52,979 nucleotides of DNA. Source: a virus (lineage: Duplodnaviria > Caudoviricetes). Made by a program: the position numbers and the translations under genes. The stretch covers positions 1-52,979 of the IMG/VR virus record IMGVR_UViG_3300028490_000010; one strand, 5' to 3'. This document shows, one piece after another, positions 39,162-45,992 of this stretch; the first letter of the stretch is position 1, and each line of letters starts with the position of its first letter. Under the pieces are notes generated by a model, which saw only the letters and a program-made list of their open reading frames with translations, was not told where the DNA came from and made no database searches.

Positions 39162-39362
39162 TTATTTTCCTTCTGCTTTTTTCTTTGCTAACTCAATGCT
39201 GTTAAGCATAACCTCGAATGCATCTTGGAAAAATATCCAATTTGCGATCTTCCCTGTTTCATTCAGATAATCTTCAACATAGTCGAAGTCTTCAAACTCA
39301 CCTATATATTCGATCTCTCCCTCGAAATTTAATATAAACACTTTATCTTTTGTATTTTCCAT
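39162..39362 (-). CDS. small acidic protein
   Basis: 66-aa ORF. Confidence 0.55.
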   Translation of the reverse strand: MENTKDKVFILNFEGEIEYIGEFEDFDYVEDYLNETGKIANWIFFQDAFEVMLNSIELAKKKAEGK

Positions 39363-39363
39363 G

Positions 39364-39648
39364 CTATCCCTTCCTTTTCTTTACTTCAAGCACTCCATCT
39401 TCATATCTAAATGAATACCTAAGTAAAGTATCTTCCCCACAATGTCTACACACATATACACTTGCATTTAAACCTCCCTGACTATACACCATTTTACAGT
39501 CCTTGCAATATGTACATTTCGTCCATTGTGTTGTTCCGTTATTTCTATATTTTGTATACCATTTCCATACAATAAAAATTACAGCCATGATAATTACCCA
39601 TAGATTAAACGCACCTATCCCAAGAAGTTGATTATCTTGCATCTGCAT
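39364..39648 (-). CDS. membrane-anchored zinc ribbon protein
   Basis: N-terminal TM segment, CKDC...CRHC. Confidence 0.6.
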   Translation of the reverse strand: MQMQDNQLLGIGAFNLWVIIMAVIFIVWKWYTKYRNNGTTQWTKCTYCKDCKMVYSQGGLNASVYVCRHCGEDTLLRYSFRYEDGVLEVKKRKG

Positions 39649-40150
39649 CCTCCTTAAGTTTAATATTTATACAATTAACACACAGGAAAGACTCTGACAG
39701 AGGCGTGAAGCTCTCTTTTTTGTCTCCTAGTGCAATCGCCTTAGCTTCCTCGTATCTATCGTCTGTAAGCCCTCGTATGGTCTCACAACCGCAATTAGAA
39801 CAAACCACACCAACGATAATCTTATCATCCAACTCTTCTGCCTGGTTACTAACCTCTACTGAAAAGGTGGCCTCTTTAGCACACACGACATCTGCCTCAG
39901 TAAAATAGTCCATTCTGATGCCTTGTCTAATACACATTGTTTTAACAAAAGACAAGTGGTCGTCAAACTCTTCTTGTGTGATGTCTCTCATGCTTATCTT
40001 ATCTGTACCATTCTCTGCTAACGGAAAGTTCGGATCAAGATCCTTTATATCTTTACGAAAAGATTTACCATCTGATGTTGGTGAAACCATAGCTCTTATG
40101 TCTCCTAGAAGCCCGTTAAATTTACGGTTGTCATCTACTGATATAATCAT
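39632..40150 (-). CDS. hypothetical protein, NinB-like N-terminal half plus zinc motif
   Basis: SMRDITQEEFDDHLSFV...GI; CSNC...CVNC. Confidence 0.5.
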   Translation of the reverse strand: MIISVDDNRKFNGLLGDIRAMVSPTSDGKSFRKDIKDLDPNFPLAENGTDKISMRDITQEEFDDHLSFVKTMCIRQGIRMDYFTEADVVCAKEATFSVEVSNQAEELDDKIIVGVVCSNCGCETIRGLTDDRYEEAKAIALGDKKESFTPLSESFLCVNCINIKLKEDADAR

Positions 40151-40323
40151 GACTCTTCCATTTCGATTAGGTCTGCATTAATTCCTGCAATCATAATGTT
40201 GTTACGGACGTATTCTTCTGCATCTGACTTTGCATCCTCTTCACTCATGCCTTCTGCATCCATTGTGACATGAAAGGCTTGGGCAAGCACTGATATTTCT
40301 ACTTCTACAGTATATGTGTTCAT
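40147..40323 (-). CDS. small beta-beta-alpha protein (not in ORF track)
   Basis: 58 aa read by hand: MNTYTVEVEISV...DAEGMSEEDAKSDAEEYV; AAGGA RBS. Confidence 0.65.
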   Translation of the reverse strand: MNTYTVEVEISVLAQAFHVTMDAEGMSEEDAKSDAEEYVRNNIMIAGINADLIEMEES

Positions 40324-40505
40324 TTTATTTCCTTATTTTTTAGCACAGCTCTACTCCTACATAAAAGTTTATCCTCTAGTAAAGCTGTTGTATTTGGGTA
40401 TTCATAGAGAGGGAACCCCTCTATTTTAGTCTTAGTTCGATGTACGATATAACGATCTTCCCCAGTAGGATGAGGAATACTTGTACTGTGTTTACATGGT
40501 CTAAC

Positions 40506-41468
40506 TTATCGAGTACGTTCGACCAGTCCACGCATCGACTTTGCAAGAGTTCTTACTTCCCACTGAGCCTTTCCAGCACTTCGCAGTTCTACCATATCAT
40601 CGAATTGTGGCTTAAACCAAGCTGACCAGATCTTAGTAATTGCACCTTGAGGAATAATCCTCCTTGCGTCTTGAGGTTTCACTCCATTCTCTATTGCTTT
40701 ATCATAGAGCTGTAATGCAAGCATCACTAGAGAAGTAGCATCAATATGTCTATGCTCGCTTATTGGAACAGAGATTTTATCGCTTAACATATCCTCTGTG
40801 AGGTAAACCTCAAACGGAACTTTCTTCCCGGACACATATCTTCGTGACAACTCCTGCCATGATGTTCTATGTCTCATGAACTGCCTAGCCGTAACGATAT
40901 CTATCTCTGTGTGAAAGACATAGAAGTTTTCGTGGATCAAGGCTATCTCGGTAGGGTCTGTGTTAAAAAACCTTTCTGAGGGATCAATCCTTTCATCTTC
41001 CGCAAGAAACTTATTAATAATTTCAATATCATACAGTAAAGCTCTTAGGTTAGTAAGCCTGTACACATCTCTGCCATAGACAACAGTCATACCATACTTT
41101 TCAATATGAGGGCCTTGAGTAAAATTACCCATGCCGCTAATAAGATGTCTCATGTATTCATTATTGATAAACTCTGCATCAAACGAGTTAAGCAGTACCG
41201 GCACAAATTCAAATGATGATGACGGCAGCCCTAGCGACTCAGCGTGTAGCTTGTCATACAAGGCAGATGTGCCAACCTTGACATTGCTCTGGAAGCATAT
41301 AGAGGCTACCTTTTGTACCGCATCAATTCTAGCCTGCTGATTTGAATTCGCATAACTAAAATCCCATTTCTCTGCCGAACCAGCAGAACCAAATAGACCG
41401 GTATCCTTCGCCATAGGGATAACTTGATCTACATCAACTACCCCTTCTTCTGTCATCTTCTTTTCCAT
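40506..41468 (-). CDS. thyX: flavin-dependent thymidylate synthase
   Basis: ARQFMRHRTSWQELSRRY, GVKPQDARRIIPQ, LRS..KAQWEVR. Confidence 0.9.
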   Translation of the reverse strand: MEKKMTEEGVVDVDQVIPMAKDTGLFGSAGSAEKWDFSYANSNQQARIDAVQKVASICFQSNVKVGTSALYDKLHAESLGLPSSSFEFVPVLLNSFDAEFINNEYMRHLISGMGNFTQGPHIEKYGMTVVYGRDVYRLTNLRALLYDIEIINKFLAEDERIDPSERFFNTDPTEIALIHENFYVFHTEIDIVTARQFMRHRTSWQELSRRYVSGKKVPFEVYLTEDMLSDKISVPISEHRHIDATSLVMLALQLYDKAIENGVKPQDARRIIPQGAITKIWSAWFKPQFDDMVELRSAGKAQWEVRTLAKSMRGLVERTR

Positions 41469-41659
41469 ACTATTTCCTTATATTTCTCGTACATGTTTAA
41501 AACAAACATCCCGACTGCCATTGCTGGCCACATAACTACTGCCGTTTTATAGAACGACTTTTCCTCTTCTTTTAGCATCTGGTTTGAGTGCAACCAAAAT
41601 AAGAATACGACAGTGCTACCTCCGAGGTAGAATGTTAATAATATCTGTAATGTCTGCAT
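41453..41659 (-). CDS. small membrane protein
   Basis: Two hydrophobic segments. Confidence 0.55.
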   Translation of the reverse strand: MQTLQILLTFYLGGSTVVFLFWLHSNQMLKEEEKSFYKTAVVMWPAMAVGMFVLNMYEKYKEIVWKRR

Positions 41660-41780
41660 CTATATAGTCCTTCTTCTTTTTCTTTTTCTTTTTCTTACCA
41701 CAATCACAATGATTGGCAATCGCTGCAGTAACTGCTGTTGTCACAACTGTTGCTGCAAGTTCTAAGACAAATCTTTTCAT
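41616..41780 (-). CDS. small peptide with hydrophobic segment and Lys9 tract (not in ORF track)
   Basis: 54 aa read by hand; GAGGTGAGG upstream of the ATG. Confidence 0.45.
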   Translation of the reverse strand: MKRFVLELAATVVTTAVTAAIANHCDCGKKKKKKKKKDYIDADITDIINILPRR

Positions 41781-41789
41781 GCCTCACCT

Positions 41790-42029
41790 CTACTGTTCTG
41801 GCCAACCGGCATCAACCTTCTCAACAAAACTATTGAGGGCAGACCCTGGGATTAGCTTCTTCTCTGACCCTGTACCTATTGTCTTATCCATAACATACCC
41901 TACTTCCATATTGTCTCTTGTTACAGATATGACCATAGTGGCTGTATCTTCTATCTCTTTAAAGTGAACTTCCAGTCCAAGCTTAATCAGCTTTTGTATT
42001 GCGTTCACTCTATCGTTTCCTGTAGCCAT
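41790..42029 (-). CDS. hypothetical protein
   Basis: 79-aa ORF. Confidence 0.6.
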   Translation of the reverse strand: MATGNDRVNAIQKLIKLGLEVHFKEIEDTATMVISVTRDNMEVGYVMDKTIGTGSEKKLIPGSALNSFVEKVDAGWPEQ

Positions 42030-42030
42030 A

Positions 42031-43641
42031 CTATTTCCTCGCTTCTTCTTCTAATTGGAGTATCTTTACCTGTGCCTCACGTATCTGCATAAGCTTTTTT
42101 TCTGTGGACATTGAACTGCTTGACCTAATGCGTGACACAAATGTCTTCATGCACCAAATCTTGAACAGTCTTATATCTGCATGTAGATTACCTGACGTGA
42201 TTGTATTCTCGTCCAAGAATATATCGGTGAGTAACTGATTGTCGAACTCCATATTCTTTAGAGCTTCAAGCTCCGCCTTTAGTGAGAAGCATTTCTTTAC
42301 CTCCATAATCTGAGATATATCCTCTTCACTGCCTGACAATATTGCAGCCTTGATGAGTTCACGTTCACGCATTTCAACGACACCTACGTCTCGTCTACCT
42401 ACGGCAACTTCCCTCGAAATCTCTGGCTCTATTGTCCCAAGTATCGATGACGCTTCTTCAAGAATTGCCTTTGTCACGAGTGGTGACATCTGGCTTGCAA
42501 ACTTTTGTACCTCATTGAACGCTTTTGTTTTGTCAAAAGGATTGTTTAAATCATGCCCAATAAGTAGTCTGTCTATACAGAAGCGTATAGATGGTATTCC
42601 ATTTTTCATCATCTTCACGATATCCTGCCCTCTCCCTTGGGAGATTAGATCAGCAGGATCTTCACCATCGTCAAAAATTACCACCTTTGTATCTATCATA
42701 TTTCGTATGAATAGTTCTGCAGCTTTAAATGCTGCTTCTATCCCTGCTCTATCTCCATCATAGGCTATAATCCCCTTATCGGCGAACCTTCCTATTATCT
42801 TAACATGAGCTGGAGTGAGTGCTGTGCCCATTGAAGCAAAAGAATATTTAAGTCCAACCTGATGCTGCATAACAACATCCATTTGTCCTTCACTAAGTAT
42901 GAAAAACTTCTTCTTAGATATTACTTCTTTTGCTCTATCAAATCCATACATCAATGACGATTTATGAAATAGCGGAGTATCTTTGGTATTCACGTATTTA
43001 GCAGGATGACTGCCTATTGTTCTACCACTATACCCACAGAGCTTTCCCGTATGGTCTCTAATAGGGAACATTATTCGTTCAATAAATCTACCATACAGGC
43101 CGTTTTCGCCTAAGTCTATTATCCCAAGTGCTATTGCTTCGTTCTCCGTCATAACGCTACGTCTTACGAAATCAACAACCTCACGAGATGATGTGCTGTA
43201 ACCTATTTCAAAATCAGAAATGGTTGAGTCTGACACCCCTCTATCTCTGAGATATTTGAGTGCTACTTCGTTGGTTTGCAACTTTTTCATACACCAGTCT
43301 TTGTACATTTCAAGAGGAGCAGAGCTGAGTCTCGGTTGCCCGTCATCATTCTCTTGCTCTACTGTTATGTTGTACATATCACAAAGCTTTTCTACGGCCT
43401 CTGGGAAGTTAAGATTTTCTATTAGTTGCACAAGCTTTATGGCGTCGCCACCTTGTCCAGAGCTAAAGTCGTGCCATATTCCCTTACTTGGTGTTACTGT
43501 GAAGCTTGGAGTTTTCTCGGAGTTAAATGGTGATAACCCCTTGAACGCTCCTCCTGCCTTTCGCAACTCAACATAGAGTTCAGCGACTTCAACAACGTCA
43601 ACGGTATTCTTAAGAGTATCAATAGTTGTACTCTTTATCAT
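42031..43641 (-). CDS. dnaG: DNA primase (bacterial DnaG type)
   Basis: GLSPFNSEKTPSF, RIMFPIRD, KYVNT..T..FHK, TOPRIM EGQMDV and YDGDRAG, DPAD. Confidence 0.93.
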   Translation of the reverse strand: MIKSTTIDTLKNTVDVVEVAELYVELRKAGGAFKGLSPFNSEKTPSFTVTPSKGIWHDFSSGQGGDAIKLVQLIENLNFPEAVEKLCDMYNITVEQENDDGQPRLSSAPLEMYKDWCMKKLQTNEVALKYLRDRGVSDSTISDFEIGYSTSSREVVDFVRRSVMTENEAIALGIIDLGENGLYGRFIERIMFPIRDHTGKLCGYSGRTIGSHPAKYVNTKDTPLFHKSSLMYGFDRAKEVISKKKFFILSEGQMDVVMQHQVGLKYSFASMGTALTPAHVKIIGRFADKGIIAYDGDRAGIEAAFKAAELFIRNMIDTKVVIFDDGEDPADLISQGRGQDIVKMMKNGIPSIRFCIDRLLIGHDLNNPFDKTKAFNEVQKFASQMSPLVTKAILEEASSILGTIEPEISREVAVGRRDVGVVEMRERELIKAAILSGSEEDISQIMEVKKCFSLKAELEALKNMEFDNQLLTDIFLDENTITSGNLHADIRLFKIWCMKTFVSRIRSSSSMSTEKKLMQIREAQVKILQLEEEARK

Positions 43642-43659
43642 CGCATCCCTCCTTTCATG

Positions 43660-43869
43660 TTAGTCTTCTATTTTATCAACAGATACAATCTCGCTAGACA
43701 ATTCTGCTATGTCTGAGCACTCAACTATATCCACTTCTAAACAGTCACCTGTCTTTAGTTTATGCTTAGCCTCTTCTTCAGAAGATGCCTCAACAATAAC
43801 TTCTTCGACTGTCATGGAAAGTGAGTTGCGATTTACTACAATCTTATACTTCACAATAGACTCGCACAA
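43660..43869 (-). CDS. small beta-beta-alpha protein
   Basis: KYKIVV...VIVEASSEEEAK. Confidence 0.6.
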   Translation of the reverse strand: MCESIVKYKIVVNRNSLSMTVEEVIVEASSEEEAKHKLKTGDCLEVDIVECSDIAELSSEIVSVDKIED

Positions 43870-44021
43870 ACAAATGCTGCTGCGAAAGCCAGTCCTGGAG
43901 CAAGAATAAACCCAATGAATACATCAAATTTATTTGCTCTTTTCTCTTTGTATATACCTATTAGGGTTGCCATCGTAACGACAACAAACCAAAAGCACAT
44001 AGCCCCTGATACATATATCAT
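43851..44021 (-). CDS. small two-TM membrane protein (not in ORF track)
   Basis: 56 aa read by hand (MIYVSGAMCFWFVVV...), AGGAGG RBS. Confidence 0.55.
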   Translation of the reverse strand: MIYVSGAMCFWFVVVTMATLIGIYKEKRANKFDVFIGFILAPGLAFAAAFVCASLL

Positions 44022-44029
44022 ATTCCCTC

Positions 44030-44416
44030 CTAATACTGTCTTCTAAAATCTGTTGCGAAAAGGGTATCTCCTCCGCCATTTCTGACTTGCTTACCTAGTG
44101 CAACAACATCACTTCTTGAGTCATTAAGTAAGTTCACTACTTGACCAGACACAACATACATTGTGCCATCAACCTCATCTGGTAATCCAGATATCCCACC
44201 ATAGACATCTCTTACAACAGGAAACCCTGCATGCTTTTCAATGTCTGGAGGCTTCCTATCTATTCTTGCGACCACTCCACTCTGAGGTATCTCAATAAGG
44301 GCACCTCCGTCTAGTGGTGAAAGAATTTTGATATCATGATTGGTCAAGTTTACGATGCACTGACCATCTTGGACCACAGCCTTTAAGCCATCTGGTCTAC
44401 TGAACACCTTGTGCAT
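44030..44416 (-). CDS. NLTxH-motif protein, candidate Crn4-like ring nuclease
   Basis: VNLTNHDI...IPQSGVVARI...GLPDEVDGTMYVVS...RSDV...VR. Confidence 0.5.
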   Translation of the reverse strand: MHKVFSRPDGLKAVVQDGQCIVNLTNHDIKILSPLDGGALIEIPQSGVVARIDRKPPDIEKHAGFPVVRDVYGGISGLPDEVDGTMYVVSGQVVNLLNDSRSDVVALGKQVRNGGGDTLFATDFRRQY

Positions 44417-44882
44417 TTGTCAACACCTCTTTAACCCCATCAATACTGAGGATATTGTCGATGTTTTCCTGTGTTGCAGGCCCTTTGTAAATCCTGCCCT
44501 CTCCACTATCTAATAGTGTAGCGATATTCCCCAACTCTTCTGCCTTTGCAATCAAGGATGCTCTCCAAGACGCTAAGATTTCTTCATCCGTCTGCTCTTT
44601 AAGTTCAGGCTCAATCACTACCTCTTCTTCAGTTGGAGTTTCTGCTTCTACAGTAGGCTCTTCTCTTACAGGAGGCTCTGGTTGCTCCCCAAGTTCAAGA
44701 AATGTTTTAATTTTCTCTTGGTCGTCGCCAAATTCATCTGACCAGTTCTGTCTACGAGCAGGTTGAGCCAAGTCAACCACAATACCACCGTCTTCTGCAA
44801 TCGTATAAATACCAACCTTGCGGCTCTTGTAACGGATAATTCCGCCCTTATCATTTTCTCTGCTGTGTGTAAATTCACTCAT
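44397..44882 (-). CDS. acidic hypothetical protein
   Basis: 161-aa ORF with E/P-rich linker. Confidence 0.65.
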   Translation of the reverse strand: MSEFTHSRENDKGGIIRYKSRKVGIYTIAEDGGIVVDLAQPARRQNWSDEFGDDQEKIKTFLELGEQPEPPVREEPTVEAETPTEEEVVIEPELKEQTDEEILASWRASLIAKAEELGNIATLLDSGEGRIYKGPATQENIDNILSIDGVKEVLTNAQGVQ

Positions 44883-45984
44883 TTTCTTCTCCTTGATTTG
44901 TTAAATACCCTTCTACACTAAGTTTTGTAGAGGTATACGTTTTTGGACTTGACTCGAAAAAGTTTGACTTAATCTTGTTTGGGTCATCATACATTTTTTC
45001 ATAGACAGATAGTGGACTTACAGGATCACCATATAGTTTTCCAAAGCCCATTCCTGTCATAAGCATGTCTGCTTTTCCATGGATATATCTTGAGATAGTA
45101 GCTTCGTTAAACTCAGCAATCTCACCTTGTGTTAAATAGTGCAACCATTTAATCTCTATCTCAACTGTTGCAGTAACAGCCTCTCTAGCCATGTCCTCAA
45201 CCTCTACCCTTGAAATTCCTGGATAGGATTTTAGAGTGCTCGTCAAGATCTGTCTGAACAGCAAGACGTGAGTTCTTTCGTCTCTGGCAATAAAAGATAT
45301 CATTGACGCAGAGCCTTTCATTGTTGTACCTAAATACCAAAACCACACAAACCCAGCATAGAACATTAATGCTTCAAGAATGTTGTTTGCTATCATCGCC
45401 TTTAGCAAGCTTCTCATAGAGACACCCTCTCCCTTTGAATAAGCCAGATCAGAATACATATTCTCAAGAAATTCATTTCTCTCTCTTAGGACAGCATCTG
45501 TGTTGTACATCTTGTATATCTCGTCACGGTTAGGACTCACATCCTTAAGCATGACATCATACGAGTCAGAGTGTAGTGCCTCATCAAAGATTTGCCTAGC
45601 CATACACTTTGCAATATTTCCATCTGTAATAAATGGCATCATGCTACCGGCTAAGTTTCTTGTCTGTACACTATCGTTAAAAATCAGTGCAGAAATAGCA
45701 AGGTCGTAACCTCTTTTCTTTACATCAGAAAGCTTCATATACGCAATTCCATCAGAAGTCATATCAACCTCTTCTGGCCCCCAGTCATTTCCCCTCATGA
45801 TTGGGAATAGGTTTTGAGCCCATTGGAACGGACTGTTTGTTGGGTCTATCATCCCGTCAACATTTGATCCAACAGGGGCTGCTTCAGAAGCATCCTGTGT
45901 TGGGTTTGGGTTGAACAGGACAGCTTCATAGACTATAGAGTCAAGCGTCATATCTTCAGGTTTAACAGTATTGTATGTTTTCAT
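44875..45984 (-). CDS. nrdB: ribonucleotide reductase class I beta subunit
   Basis: Metal ligands NDSVQ, DEALHSDSY (with radical Tyr), LEALMFY, RDERTH. Confidence 0.93.
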   Translation of the reverse strand: MKTYNTVKPEDMTLDSIVYEAVLFNPNPTQDASEAAPVGSNVDGMIDPTNSPFQWAQNLFPIMRGNDWGPEEVDMTSDGIAYMKLSDVKKRGYDLAISALIFNDSVQTRNLAGSMMPFITDGNIAKCMARQIFDEALHSDSYDVMLKDVSPNRDEIYKMYNTDAVLRERNEFLENMYSDLAYSKGEGVSMRSLLKAMIANNILEALMFYAGFVWFWYLGTTMKGSASMISFIARDERTHVLLFRQILTSTLKSYPGISRVEVEDMAREAVTATVEIEIKWLHYLTQGEIAEFNEATISRYIHGKADMLMTGMGFGKLYGDPVSPLSVYEKMYDDPNKIKSNFFESSPKTYTSTKLSVEGYLTNQGEENE

Positions 45985-45992
45985 TTATTCTC

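Noticed and set aside
40404-40424. Imperfect hairpin ATAGAGAGGG-AA-CCCCTCTAT as a terminator
   Set aside because: Mismatched stem, very short loop and no U-tract on the transcribed minus strand; not supportable
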